A stretch of 64,000 nt of DNA from an uncultured Planctomycetia bacterium (GCA_964430735.1 CAYSFB010000006.1:76089-140088); one strand, 5' to 3'; counted from the first letter of the stretch, positions 33,218-46,720 are shown. Translations and numbers: made by a program. Notes: a model not told the origin generated them from the sequence alone.

Positions 33218-35449
33218 ATGAAACTTCTGGGGTTGCGGCGCTGCAAGCCGATGATTTTTTCCGTTCTCGTCTGTGCGCTGTTCGATTTTTCGCAGGCGGG
33301 TCCGGCCATGGCCGATCTGCTCGCGCCCGATGCCCCCTCGCAACCCTCCGGCTTTTCGATCGAAGACCGCCAAGGCGCGCCCTTGGAATGGGAGACGGTT
33401 CCCGCCGAATCTGCGGAAAGCGTCTGGAACCGCGCCGCCGACTGGGCGAAGGAGCAACTCACCCAAAGCGACGACGCTTTTTTCAACACCCGAACCCTGA
33501 ATTCCGCTTATGACGACCTGTGGTGGCTCAAGGCCATCCAGGCGCCCGCCGCCTGGGGCCTTTCCACCGGCCGCGGCGTCACGGTCGCGGTTGTCGACAC
33601 CGGCATCGATTACACCCACGAAGATCTCTCGGGCAACGTCTGGACGAACGTGGGCGAAATCGCCGGCAACGGCATCGACGACGACGGCAACGGGTATGTG
33701 GACGACTGGCGCGGCTGGGACTTCGCCAACAACGACAACAACGCGACGGACGATCAGGGACACGGCACACACGTGGCCGGCATCATCGGCGCGGCGGCGG
33801 GGAACGGCAAGGGCATCGCGGGTGTCGCTCCGGATTCCAAAATTCTCGGGGTCAAAGTGCTCGACAAGACCGGCAGCGGATCTTTCGAGAACATCGTGAA
33901 GGGAATTCGCTACGCGGTCGACATGGGTGCGCGCATCATCAATCTTTCGCTCGGAGCGGCGTTCAACTACACCCTCGACTACATCCGCACGAACTTCAGC
34001 GGTTATTACGAGGCGTTTTTGCAGCCCATGCAGACGGCGATTCAGTACGCGGCCGGTAAGGGCGCAGTCGTTGTGGCCGCTGCCGGCAATTCCGCGATTG
34101 ACGTGAACCGCACGGCTCCGGCCGGATTCACCGAAACGATTTCGGTGGGGGCGACGACGCCGACGGAAGGACGGGCTTATTTTTCGAATACGGGCCAGAC
34201 GCTGGACCTGAGCGCGCCGGGCTGGGACGTGCTGTCGCTGCGCGCGGCCGGCACGAGCCTGGGAACGGCGGTGGACGCGGGATATACGCGCGCGAGCGGG
34301 ACCTCCATGGCGACGCCCATGGTGAGCGGCGTCATCGCGCTGCTCTTGGCGCAGGATCCGGATCTCAACATTGAGGGGATCGAACGGCGTCTTAAATATT
34401 CGGCGAAGGACTTGGGCGGTTCGGGCTTCGACACCTCGTTCGGGTACGGGCAGGTGGACGCGCTCAACGCCGTCACGCATGATTATTTCGCCGACGGCAA
34501 GCTCAAGACGCTGTGGCTGCTGGCGCCGGATGCGCAGAACATGGTCCGTTACGATTATGACGCGCAAGGCCGCGTGATCTCGAGCGTTTCGGCTGACGGC
34601 AAAAAGCACATGACCGAATACGACTCCGCCGGCAACCGGATCGAACGTTTTCCGAACGGGCGCATCAAGACCCGGACCGACGCGGTGACCGGGACGATCT
34701 ACGAGTATCTCGACGAGGACTTGGACGGCCTGGGCACGCAGCGGGTGTTCCGATCCACGGATGTCGACGGCACGAAAAAAGAATACACGTACTGGTATAA
34801 GACGACGACGGTCAAGACACGCAAAACGTATGACGCATCCGGCAAGCTGATCCAGAGCGAAGGCTATGATTCGATCGGCCGCCTGACGTCGACAGAGTCC
34901 GGCGCGGACCGCACCGAATATACGTATTGGGGCGCGACGTCCACGGTCCGTACACTGCGGACCAAGAAAAATTCCGTACTGACCCAGACGGACAGCTTCG
35001 ACTCCAACGGCCGCCTCACGAGTCGGTCGGTTTACAGTGGGACCGACCGGACCGACACATCCTATTACCTGTCGGGTTTGGCCCGGGAAGTCACCCTGTA
35101 CAAAAATTCGATCCGCGCATCCGTGACCCGCTACTTCGAGTCCGGCGTGAAGAGCTTTTGGGCGGTTTACGAGAACGGCCAGCTGGCTTTGTCCGAATCA
35201 TATGATGCCGAAGGCCGGCTGCGTGTCAAAACGCTGATCTCTGGGACGCTCAAAACCGAAACGACGTATTACCTGTCCGGCAAGCCCCGCCAGGTGTCGG
35301 TCTGGAAGGGTTCCCTGCGTGATTCGGTCACCCAGTACTACGAGTCCGGCATCATCAGCTACCTGGCGCTGTATCAGAACGGCCGGATCGCATCCGAAAC
35401 GTTCTACAAAACCGACGGAAAGGTGCAGCGGTCCAAAACGTACAAATAA
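33218..35449 (+). CDS. Secreted subtilisin-family (S8) serine peptidase with C-terminal YD-like and MORN-variant repeats
   Basis: Signal peptide; catalytic triad context VVDTGID, HGTHVAGII, GTSMATPMVSG; C-terminal about 300 aa of repeats (RYDYDAQGRV..., TEYDSAGNRI..., YENGQLALSESYDAEGRL..., YQNGRIASETFYKTDGKV). Confidence 0.85.
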   Translation: MKLLGLRRCKPMIFSVLVCALFDFSQAGPAMADLLAPDAPSQPSGFSIEDRQGAPLEWETVPAESAESVWNRAADWAKEQLTQSDDAFFNTRTLNSAYDDLWWLKAIQAPAAWGLSTGRGVTVAVVDTGIDYTHEDLSGNVWTNVGEIAGNGIDDDGNGYVDDWRGWDFANNDNNATDDQGHGTHVAGIIGAAAGNGKGIAGVAPDSKILGVKVLDKTGSGSFENIVKGIRYAVDMGARIINLSLGAAFNYTLDYIRTNFSGYYEAFLQPMQTAIQYAAGKGAVVVAAAGNSAIDVNRTAPAGFTETISVGATTPTEGRAYFSNTGQTLDLSAPGWDVLSLRAAGTSLGTAVDAGYTRASGTSMATPMVSGVIALLLAQDPDLNIEGIERRLKYSAKDLGGSGFDTSFGYGQVDALNAVTHDYFADGKLKTLWLLAPDAQNMVRYDYDAQGRVISSVSADGKKHMTEYDSAGNRIERFPNGRIKTRTDAVTGTIYEYLDEDLDGLGTQRVFRSTDVDGTKKEYTYWYKTTTVKTRKTYDASGKLIQSEGYDSIGRLTSTESGADRTEYTYWGATSTVRTLRTKKNSVLTQTDSFDSNGRLTSRSVYSGTDRTDTSYYLSGLAREVTLYKNSIRASVTRYFESGVKSFWAVYENGQLALSESYDAEGRLRVKTLISGTLKTETTYYLSGKPRQVSVWKGSLRDSVTQYYESGIISYLALYQNGRIASETFYKTDGKVQRSKTYK

Positions 35450-35509
35450 TCGCCTTGATTTTGGGGTCCTAAGCGTGTAGACTCTCGCGAAGTCCGACAC
35501 CTTTTAAAT

Positions 35510-35602
35510 GCGGTCCAGAGAGGCCGCCAAAGGAATGACCCCCATGCGAAAGCCATATCCGATGAATGCGCCCTCCTGTGTACAACAGGGGGGATTTTTT
35601 TT
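35510..35602 (+). promoter_or_regulatory. PyrR-dependent pyr attenuator: PyrR-binding stem-loop (GCGG-UCCAGAGAGG-CCGC) followed by intrinsic terminator abutting pyrR ATG
   Basis: Conserved UCCAGAGAGGC loop at 35510-35527; terminator CCCTCCTGT/ACAGGGGGG + T8 at 35571-35602. Confidence 0.7.
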
Positions 35603-36184
35603 ATGAGTCAGGCCTTGCAGGCCGCGGATATGGACCGGGCTTTGACCCGGTTGGCGCATGAAATCCTCGAGCGCAACCCCGCCGCGACCCCGGCTTTGAT
35701 CGGCATCCGGACCCGGGGGGAATTTCTCGCCCGCCGCATCGCCGCCAAGATGACAGAAATCCTTTCCTCTAATAAAGCCGCTTCAACGACGGTCAGGCTG
35801 GGTATTTTGGACATTAACCTTTATCGGGACGACTTGACCCGGGTGTCGGAGCGGCCCGTGGTTCGCGAAACCGTCATCGATTTTTCGGTCGACGACCAGG
35901 TCCTGGTGCTCATCGATGACGTGCTGTATACCGGCCGGACGGTTCGCTCGGCCATGAACGCGCTCATGGACTTCGGCCGCCCCAAAGCCATCCAGTTGGC
36001 GGCGCTGGTCGACCGCGGCCACCGGGAACTTCCGATTAAGGCGGACTTCGTCGGCAAAAACATCCCGACCAGCCAGCAGGAAGTCGTGCACGTCCACCTC
36101 AAGGAATGCGACAACGAAGACAACGTGACGGTCGACCTGATCGCCGACACCCGGATCGACGCCTCCGGAAAGGAAGTCCGGTGA
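35603..36184 (+). CDS. pyrR: Bifunctional pyrimidine operon regulator / uracil phosphoribosyltransferase PyrR
   Basis: PRPP-binding VLVLIDDVLYTGRTVRSA, 193 aa. Confidence 0.9.
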   Translation: MSQALQAADMDRALTRLAHEILERNPAATPALIGIRTRGEFLARRIAAKMTEILSSNKAASTTVRLGILDINLYRDDLTRVSERPVVRETVIDFSVDDQVLVLIDDVLYTGRTVRSAMNALMDFGRPKAIQLAALVDRGHRELPIKADFVGKNIPTSQQEVVHVHLKECDNEDNVTVDLIADTRIDASGKEVR

Positions 36185-37116
36185 GCACCGAAATCGTCTG
36201 GAACCAGAAGCACCTGCTCGGCCTTGAAGATCTTTCTGCCGCCGAAATCGAGACCGTGCTCCGCACCGCCGAAGGCTTCAAGGAAGTTTCGAGCCGCGAA
36301 GTGAAAAAAGTTCCCGCGCTGCGCGGCAAAACCGTCGCGAACGTTTTTTTCGAAAACTCCACCCGCACGCGGATTTCCTTCGAGCTCGCCGCCAAGCGGC
36401 TGTCCGCCGACCTCATCAACTTTTCCTCCTCCGGCTCGTCGACCTCGAAGGGCGAGTCGCTCATCGACACCGTGCGCACCATCGAAGCGATGAACGTCGA
36501 CATCGTCGTCGTCCGGCACGCGTCGTCCGGCACGCCGGCCTTCATCGCCAAGAACATCCAGGCCGGCGTCGTGTCGGCCGGAGACGGCGTGCACGAGCAT
36601 CCGACCCAGGGCCTCCTCGACATCTTCACCATGAAGGAACGCAAATCCAAAATCGCCGGACTCAAGGTCTGCTTCGTCGGCGACATTCTGCATTCGCGCG
36701 TCGCGCGGTCGAATATCTGGGGTCTCACGAAGCTCGGCGCCGAAGTCACCGTCTGCGGCCCGCCGACGCTCATCCCTGCCGGCATCGAGAAGCTCGGCGT
36801 GAAGGTCAGCTACGACCTGGACGCGGTGTTGCCGCACATGGACGTGCTCTACATCCTGCGCATCCAGCTCGAGCGTCAGCAGGGACAGTTCTTCCCGTCG
36901 ATCCGCGAGTACGCGGGCGAATTCGGCATCACGCGCGACCGTCTGAAGCGCGCGAAAAAGGACGTGCTCATCATGCACCCGGGTCCTTTGAACCGCGGGA
37001 TCGAACTCGACAACGAAGCGGCGGACGGCGAACATTCGGCGATTCTGGACCAGGTGACCAACGGCGTCGCGGTCCGGATGGCGGTGCTTTATCTGCTCTC
37101 GGGCGTAAAAGGATAA
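36181..37116 (+). CDS. pyrB: Aspartate carbamoyltransferase catalytic subunit
   Basis: STRTR carbamoyl-phosphate motif, HPTQ; GTG start overlapping pyrR stop. Confidence 0.9.
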   Translation: MSTEIVWNQKHLLGLEDLSAAEIETVLRTAEGFKEVSSREVKKVPALRGKTVANVFFENSTRTRISFELAAKRLSADLINFSSSGSSTSKGESLIDTVRTIEAMNVDIVVVRHASSGTPAFIAKNIQAGVVSAGDGVHEHPTQGLLDIFTMKERKSKIAGLKVCFVGDILHSRVARSNIWGLTKLGAEVTVCGPPTLIPAGIEKLGVKVSYDLDAVLPHMDVLYILRIQLERQQGQFFPSIREYAGEFGITRDRLKRAKKDVLIMHPGPLNRGIELDNEAADGEHSAILDQVTNGVAVRMAVLYLLSGVKG

Positions 37117-37128
37117 CCAGGCAAACAC

Positions 37129-38430
37129 ATGGCAAACACGATCCTCATCCAGAACGGCCGCGTCGTGGACCCGGCCAACAAAATCGACGAAGTCCTCGAC
37201 GTCCTCGTCGAAAACGGCCGCGTCTCCAAAGTCGGCAAAAAGCTCGCGGCTCCGGCCGGCGCGCAGACCATCGACGCGTCGAACAAGGTCGTGACGCCCG
37301 GCCTCATCGACGTCCACGTGCATTTTCGTGAGCCCGGGTTCGAGTACAAGGAAGACCTGGAGTCGGGTCTGCGCTGCGCGGTCAAAGGCGGGTTCACCGG
37401 CGTCTGCCCAATGCCGAACACCAAGCCCGTGATCCAGACCCAGGCCGAAGTCGAATTCGTCCTGCAGAAGTCGAAGCTGTTCGGCATGGCCAACGTGTAC
37501 CCGGTCGCCGCCGTGACGCGCGGCCAGGAAGGCAAGGAGCTCACCGAATTCGGCGAACTCAAAAAAGGCGGCGTCCTCGCGCTCTCCGACGACGGCCGCC
37601 CCATCACCGACTCAAACGTCATGCGCCGGGCGCTTGAGTATTCCAAAAAATTCGACCTCGTCATCCTCGTGCATTGCGAAGACGCCGGACTTTTCGGCTG
37701 CGGCTGCATGAACGAAGGCCTCGTTTCGACCAAGCTCGGACTGCCCGGCATCCCCGTCGAGTGCGAATCCATCGAAGTCGCGCGCGACCTGCAGCTGGCG
37801 GACCTCACCGGCGGTCGCCTTCACTTCTGCCACATGAGTTCGAAAAAGTCGCTGGACCTCATCCGCGAGGCCAAGAAGCACGGGTCCAAAGCCACCGCCG
37901 AAACGGCGCCGCATTACTGGACGCTCACCGACGAAGCGGTGCTGGGCTACAACACGCGCGCCAAGATGAATCCTCCGCTGCGCACGCAGGAGGACATGAA
38001 GGCCGTCAAGGACGCGCTCCGGGACGGAACCATCGACGTCATCGCGACCGACCACGCGCCCCACGCCGAACACGAGAAGAACCGCGAATTCGACAAGGCG
38101 CCGTTCGGCATCACGGGCCTGGAGACGTCGCTGCCGCTTTCGCTCAACCTCGTGCGCGAAAAAGTGCTCACGATGTCCCAGCTCATCGAAAAAATGTCGT
38201 TGAACCCCGCGCGCATCCTCAAGATCGACCGCGGGACGCTGTCGGCCGGAGCGGTCGCCGACATCACTGTTTTTGATCCGGAACGCGAGTGGACGGTGGA
38301 CGAGAAGCAGTTCGAATCCAAGTCGAAGAACTCTCCGTTTTTGGGATGGAAGCTCAAAGGCCGCGCGACCGAGGTTCTCGTCGGCGGCAAACTCGTTCTG
38401 CGGGATTCGCAGATCGTAAAGGGGGAATGA
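37129..38430 (+). CDS. pyrC: Dihydroorotase (multifunctional-complex type)
   Basis: DVHVHFREPG metal-binding HxH, amidohydrolase fold. Confidence 0.9.
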   Translation: MANTILIQNGRVVDPANKIDEVLDVLVENGRVSKVGKKLAAPAGAQTIDASNKVVTPGLIDVHVHFREPGFEYKEDLESGLRCAVKGGFTGVCPMPNTKPVIQTQAEVEFVLQKSKLFGMANVYPVAAVTRGQEGKELTEFGELKKGGVLALSDDGRPITDSNVMRRALEYSKKFDLVILVHCEDAGLFGCGCMNEGLVSTKLGLPGIPVECESIEVARDLQLADLTGGRLHFCHMSSKKSLDLIREAKKHGSKATAETAPHYWTLTDEAVLGYNTRAKMNPPLRTQEDMKAVKDALRDGTIDVIATDHAPHAEHEKNREFDKAPFGITGLETSLPLSLNLVREKVLTMSQLIEKMSLNPARILKIDRGTLSAGAVADITVFDPEREWTVDEKQFESKSKNSPFLGWKLKGRATEVLVGGKLVLRDSQIVKGE

Positions 38431-39512
38431 TGGCCGAAGCAATTTTGGCGCTCGAAAGCGGCCTGGTGATTCGCGGAGAAGCGTTTGGCGCGCCCGGCGA
38501 ATCGACCGGCGAAGTGGTCTTCAACACCGCGATGACCGGGTATCAGGAAATTCTGACCGACCCGTCCTACCGGGGGCAGATGGTGTGCATGACCTACCCG
38601 CTCATCGGCAACTACGGCATCAACGACGAGGACGTCGAGTCGCGCAAGGTTTTCTTGAGCGGATTCATCGTCAAGGAGCTCTCGCGCGTCACGTCCAACT
38701 GGCGTTCGGCAAAAAGCGTCGACCGGTACCTTCAGGACCAGGGCGTGACCGGGATCCAGGGCGTGGACACGCGCGCGCTGACCCTCCACCTGCGTGAGCG
38801 CGGCGCGATGCGGGCCATCCTGTCGACCGAGGACTTGAACGTCGAGAGTCTGCTCAAAAAAGTCCGCGCTTCGCGCGGCACGAGCGGAGTCGACCTGGTG
38901 AAGGAAGTCGCCGAAATCGAATCCTATCCCTGGGAAGCCAGCGGCCGCTACCACGTGGTCGCGATGGACTCGGGCGTGAAGTACAACATCCTGCGCTCGC
39001 TGGCCGGCCGCGGCTGCAAGGTGACGGTGGTTCCGCCGACGACTTCCGCAAAAGAGGTCCTCGACCTCAAGCCCGACGGCGTGTTCCTCTCGAACGGCCC
39101 CGGCGACCCGGAAGCGGTCGATTACCTGATCGACACTGTGAAGAAGCTCATTCCCAAAGTTCCGATCTTCGGCATCTGCCTCGGACACCAGATCCTCGGC
39201 CAGGCCCTCGGCGGCAAGACGTTCAAGCTCAAGTTCGGCCACCACGGCGCCAACCATCCGGTGATGGACCTCGACACCAAAAAAGTCGAGATCACGTCGC
39301 AGAACCACAATTACTGCGTCGACACCGAATCGATTCCGGACCGCACCGTGCGCATGACGCACGTGAACCTGAACGACAACACCTGCGAGGGCATGGAGCA
39401 CCTCGAGTATCCCGTGTTCAGCGTCCAGTATCACCCCGAAGCCGCGCCCGGCCCCCACGATTCCAATTACCTCTTTGACAAATTCATCGCCAACATGAAG
39501 GCTCACAAGTAA
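38427..39512 (+). CDS. carA: Carbamoyl-phosphate synthase small (glutaminase) subunit
   Basis: GICLGHQ catalytic Cys, GATase class-I; ATG overlaps pyrC stop. Confidence 0.9.
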   Translation: MMAEAILALESGLVIRGEAFGAPGESTGEVVFNTAMTGYQEILTDPSYRGQMVCMTYPLIGNYGINDEDVESRKVFLSGFIVKELSRVTSNWRSAKSVDRYLQDQGVTGIQGVDTRALTLHLRERGAMRAILSTEDLNVESLLKKVRASRGTSGVDLVKEVAEIESYPWEASGRYHVVAMDSGVKYNILRSLAGRGCKVTVVPPTTSAKEVLDLKPDGVFLSNGPGDPEAVDYLIDTVKKLIPKVPIFGICLGHQILGQALGGKTFKLKFGHHGANHPVMDLDTKKVEITSQNHNYCVDTESIPDRTVRMTHVNLNDNTCEGMEHLEYPVFSVQYHPEAAPGPHDSNYLFDKFIANMKAHK

Positions 39513-39516
39513 ACCC

Positions 39517-42794
<3,278 letters not shown>

Positions 42795-42798
<4 letters not shown>

Positions 42799-43712
42799 AG
42801 CTCGCTCCGGAATCCCTCTCAGTCCTCGAGAACGTCCCAACCGCACCCGGTCACTACCGGCTGCGTCTGGCGTCCAAACGCATCGCGAAGCTCGCGCAGC
42901 CGGGGCAGTTCGTCCAGATCACCGTCGCCGACGGCGGGAACTGCGACCCGTTGCTTCCGCGTCCCTTCAGCTTCCTCGAAATCGGCAACGGCTGGTTCGA
43001 CCTCCTCTATCAGGTCGTCGGCCGCGGCACCCAAATCCTCTCGAAGAAGAAAAAAGGCGACACACTGACGGTGCTCGGCCCCCTCGGCCAAGGCTGGCGC
43101 CTCCCGTCCAAGTCTTCCACCACGACTACTCACGTGCTGGTCGGCGGCGGCGTAGGAATTCCTCCACTCCATCATTGGGCCCAGGAACTTCTTAAGCAGA
43201 AAAAAGCCTCTGCAAAAAACATTCACGTCTTCCTAGGCGGCCGCAACAAAGACCTCCTGCACTGCGAAAAACAATTTACGAAACTCGGCATCAAACCTGT
43301 GGTTGCGACAGAAGACGGCTCTAAAGGCCATAAGGGCTTTGTCACCACCCCGCTCAGTGAATATCTTGAATCGGTCTCCGCGCCGTCGCCGGCGTGGTGC
43401 GCTGCGGCTCAGACAGTTCGCGGCGGACGCCGCGAAAACTCGCCGCGGGCGCTGCACCCCGCCGCCGCCGTCGCGGCCGCACGAATCCAAATCTACACTT
43501 GCGGGCCGACACCAATGCTAAAGGCGGTGAGTGCCGTTGCCGCGCAATACGCTGCGGCTTGTCAGGTCAGTGTTGAAGAGCCTATGCCCTGCGGCTTTGG
43601 AGTTTGTCTCGGGTGCGCAATCAAGGTCAAAGATGACTGCGGCGGCCACCGCTTTGCGCTCAGCTGCACGGAAGGCCCGGTGTTTGATGCGCCGCAGGTG
43701 ATTTGGTCATGA
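42795..43712 (+). CDS. pyrK: Dihydroorotate dehydrogenase electron-transfer subunit PyrK
   Basis: FAD/NAD-binding ferredoxin-reductase-like fold, C-terminal Cys cluster [10 protein letters not shown]...C; ATGA overlap with carB. Confidence 0.85.
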
Positions 43713-44659
43713 AGCCCAATATGAAGGTCACGATCAAAGGTGTCACGTTTCCGAATCCGGTATTGGTCGCGTCGGGCACCTACGGCTATGCGCAGGAGTA
43801 CGAGCGCTTTTATCCCGTGAAGCAGCTCGGCGGCGTCGTCACGAAGACGATCACGCTCAAGCCCCGCATCGGCAATCCGCCGCATCGCGTCGTCGAGACG
43901 CCCAGCGGCATGCTCAACGCCATCGGCCTCCAGAACGTCGGCGCCGAAAAATTCGTCTCCGACAAACTCCCGTATCTGAAGAAGCTCGGCATTCCCGTGA
44001 TCGTGAGCGTCATGGGCTACAGCGTCGACGAGTTCTGCGCCGTCGTCGACTTCCTCGAAAAGACGCCCGGCATCGACGGCTACGAAATGAATCTGTCCTG
44101 CCCGAACGTCTCTTACGGCACCGACGCCGCCAAAACCGGTGCGGCCAAGAAGCCGCGGATGTTCGCGCACTCGGAAGCCCTGATCGAAGAAGTTGTTTCC
44201 GCCGTCCGCAAACGGACGACGCGCCTGCTGGCCGCCAAGCTCGGTCCCGACGTGTCGGACATCGGCGCGATGGCGCAGGCCGTCGAACGCGGGGGAGCGG
44301 ACGCCGTTTCGCTCATCAACACCTTCACGGCGATGGTGATCGACCTGAAGACGCGCCGCCCCGTGCTCGCGAACAAAACCGGCGGCCTGAGCGGCCCGTG
44401 CGTGCGGCCGGTCGCCGTGCGCATGGTTTCGGACGTTTACCGCGCGGTGAAGATCCCGGTCATCGGCATGGGCGGCATCACGTCCGGCCGCGACGCGGCG
44501 GAATTCATGATCGCGGGCGCGTCGCTGGTCCAGGTCGGCACGATCAATTTCATGCGGCCGACGGCCTGTCCTCAAATTATCAAAGAGCTGGGTGATTTTT
44601 TGACCCGTGAAAAGGTAAAATCAGCGTCCGATTTGACCGGGTCTTTAATTCTGGAGTGA
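43703..44659 (+). CDS. pyrD: Dihydroorotate dehydrogenase catalytic subunit (class 1B)
   Basis: VTFPNPVLVASGTYGY, NLSCPN active-site motif. Confidence 0.9.
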   Translation: MVMKPNMKVTIKGVTFPNPVLVASGTYGYAQEYERFYPVKQLGGVVTKTITLKPRIGNPPHRVVETPSGMLNAIGLQNVGAEKFVSDKLPYLKKLGIPVIVSVMGYSVDEFCAVVDFLEKTPGIDGYEMNLSCPNVSYGTDAAKTGAAKKPRMFAHSEALIEEVVSAVRKRTTRLLAAKLGPDVSDIGAMAQAVERGGADAVSLINTFTAMVIDLKTRRPVLANKTGGLSGPCVRPVAVRMVSDVYRAVKIPVIGMGGITSGRDAAEFMIAGASLVQVGTINFMRPTACPQIIKELGDFLTREKVKSASDLTGSLILE

Positions 44660-44660
44660 T

Positions 44661-45356
44661 ATGAAGAAAAAATTGATCGTCGCGCTCGACGTTCCGACGC
44701 TGGAGCAGGCGCGGAAGCTGGTCGAGACGCTGAGCCCCGCCGTCGAATACTTCAAGATCGGCAAGGAGCTGTTCACGTCCGAAGGGCCCGCCGTCGTGAA
44801 GATGGTGCATGACCTCGGCGGAAAAGTGTTTCTCGATCTCAAATTCCACGACATCCCGAACACCGTCGCCGGCGCCGTACGCTCCGCGGCCAAGCTCGGC
44901 GTGTGGATGGTGAACGTACACGCTTCCGGCGGCGCGGACATGATGCGCGAAGCCGCCAACGCCGCCGCCGCGAGTTCCAAGCCCCCAATCGTGATCGGCG
45001 TGACCGTGCTCACGAGCATGAACGAAGAAGGCTTGAAAGAAATTGGCGTCTCCGGCGTCGCCGTGGGCGAGCAGGTCGTGCGCCTGGCCAAACTCGCCAA
45101 GTCCAACGGCTTGGGCGGCGTCGTCGCCTCCGCGCAGGAAGCGCCGTCGCTGCGCCGCGCGTTCGGCAAAGACTTCCTCATCGTGACGCCGGGCGTGCGT
45201 CCCGCCGGCGCCGCCGTCGGGGACCAAAAGAGAGTGCTCACGCCCAAGGACGCCATCGCCGCCGGTGCGGACTGCCTCGTCGTGGGCCGGCCCATTACCG
45301 AGAGCCCCGATCCGAAGGCCGCCGCCGAAGCCATCTTAAAGGAAATGAAAGGATGA
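44661..45356 (+). CDS. pyrF: Orotidine 5'-phosphate decarboxylase
   Basis: LIVALDV...FKIG, DLKFHDIPNTV. Confidence 0.9.
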   Translation: MKKKLIVALDVPTLEQARKLVETLSPAVEYFKIGKELFTSEGPAVVKMVHDLGGKVFLDLKFHDIPNTVAGAVRSAAKLGVWMVNVHASGGADMMREAANAAAASSKPPIVIGVTVLTSMNEEGLKEIGVSGVAVGEQVVRLAKLAKSNGLGGVVASAQEAPSLRRAFGKDFLIVTPGVRPAGAAVGDQKRVLTPKDAIAAGADCLVVGRPITESPDPKAAAEAILKEMKG

Positions 45357-45970
45357 CCCCCGCCGTCATGACGACCTTCGACCCTCAAAAAACCGCCGTC
45401 GAAAAAGAGGCGCTGCTCACGAACGGACACTTTTTGCTCTCCAGCGGCTTGCACTCGGACACGTATTTCCAGTGCGCAAAAATCCTGCAATGGCCGGAAA
45501 CGGCGCTCGAGTTCGGTCGTGCGCTGGCCGCGCAGTTTGCCGGCGTGAAGATCGATGCTGTGGTTTCGCCCGCGATGGGCGGATTGTTCGTGGGGCACGA
45601 AGTCGCGCGGGCGCTGGGCGTCCGGCACGTGTTCGTCGAGCGCGTGGACAATGTTTTTCAGATGAAGCGGGGATTTGAGATCAAGACCGGCGAGCGGCTC
45701 GTCGTGATCGAAGACGTCGTGACGACGGCCAAGTCGACCGCCGAGGTGATTGCGTTTCTCAAGGCCGATGGTCGCGGACAGGTTGTCGCAGTGGGCTCGA
45801 TCGCCAACCGCGTCGAAGACGCGCGCGCAGGCGAGGTGAGCCAGAAGCTCGGAGGCCTGGAACCCAAATTTTTGCTCAAAGTCTCCGCCAAGGCCTACGA
45901 CGCCGCGGACTGTCCGATGTGCAAAGAAGGTAAGAAGCCGCTCATCAAACCCGGGAGCCGGAAACAATGA
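45353..45970 (+). CDS. pyrE: Orotate phosphoribosyltransferase
   Basis: PRPP motif LVVIEDVVTTAKS; ATG overlaps pyrF stop. Confidence 0.9.
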   Translation: MTPAVMTTFDPQKTAVEKEALLTNGHFLLSSGLHSDTYFQCAKILQWPETALEFGRALAAQFAGVKIDAVVSPAMGGLFVGHEVARALGVRHVFVERVDNVFQMKRGFEIKTGERLVVIEDVVTTAKSTAEVIAFLKADGRGQVVAVGSIANRVEDARAGEVSQKLGGLEPKFLLKVSAKAYDAADCPMCKEGKKPLIKPGSRKQ

Positions 45971-46674
45971 ACCGACCGACTGGTCTCGCCCTGCTTTTTA
46001 TTTTGATGTTCGGCGGAACCGCGTGCGCGGCCCAGCAAGACACGGACCCTTGGGATTCCAAAGGAACAGCCGTGACGCCCCGGCAGGCGACAAGCGTTTA
46101 TGTGCCGGCCCCCTCCCAGTCCCAGACGACCGCACCCACCGGTGTGTATCAGCAGATCACGCCGCAGCAGCGCGAAGAGCTCAAGCGCACAATGACGCAG
46201 ACGGCCCAGCAGGTCGGACAGGTGACCAAGGACTTTAAGCAGTTCTATAGTGAACTTCAGCAAGCCGTCAAAGAATCCGGCATCGTCGAAGAAGTGAACA
46301 AAATGAATCTGAACGGCACGGCGGCAAACTCCGCTTCAGCCGCTGCCGGCGGATTCGGAGCGACGGATATCCGCGTGGCCGAAAACGACATGACGGTCAC
46401 GGTCGATTTGCCGGGCGTGGACAAGAAAAACCTCTCGGTGGCACTGGCCGAAGCGTCGTCGCTCCGGATCCGGGTGGACCGGAAGGCTGTGGACGACCCC
46501 AGTGAGTACCGGCAGGCCGAGCGGTACCGGGGGAATTTTGATAAAACGGTCCAGCTGCCCTATAAAGCGGTAGGAAAAAAGTTCTCCGCCCAGCTCAAAA
46601 ACGGAGTGTTGACGGTCGTGATTCCCAAGGCAAAGACTGCGGCCGCCGACGAAGTGGTCATTCCGATCGATTAG
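45967..46674 (+). CDS. Hsp20/alpha-crystallin-family small heat shock protein with N-terminal signal peptide (secreted/periplasmic)
   Basis: Signal peptide MNRPTGLALLFILMFGGTACAAQQ; C-terminal ACD (MTVTVDLPGVDKKNL...GVLTVVIPK). Confidence 0.75.
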   Translation: MNRPTGLALLFILMFGGTACAAQQDTDPWDSKGTAVTPRQATSVYVPAPSQSQTTAPTGVYQQITPQQREELKRTMTQTAQQVGQVTKDFKQFYSELQQAVKESGIVEEVNKMNLNGTAANSASAAAGGFGATDIRVAENDMTVTVDLPGVDKKNLSVALAEASSLRIRVDRKAVDDPSEYRQAERYRGNFDKTVQLPYKAVGKKFSAQLKNGVLTVVIPKAKTAAADEVVIPID

Positions 46675-46720
46675 AATTGATAATTTTAGCCCATTAAAGT
46701 ATTTTGTTTGATAGAATAGC

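Noticed and set aside
46709-46720. TGATAGAAT extended -10-like box ending 3 nt before the atpZ ATG (leaderless atp operon?)
   Set aside because: The predicted TSS would fall after the ATG; the 9-mer TAGAATAGC shared with the 33-aa peptide promoter may be coincidence; TTGATA-N17-TATTTT further upstream is an alternative promoter. Kept only as a note.
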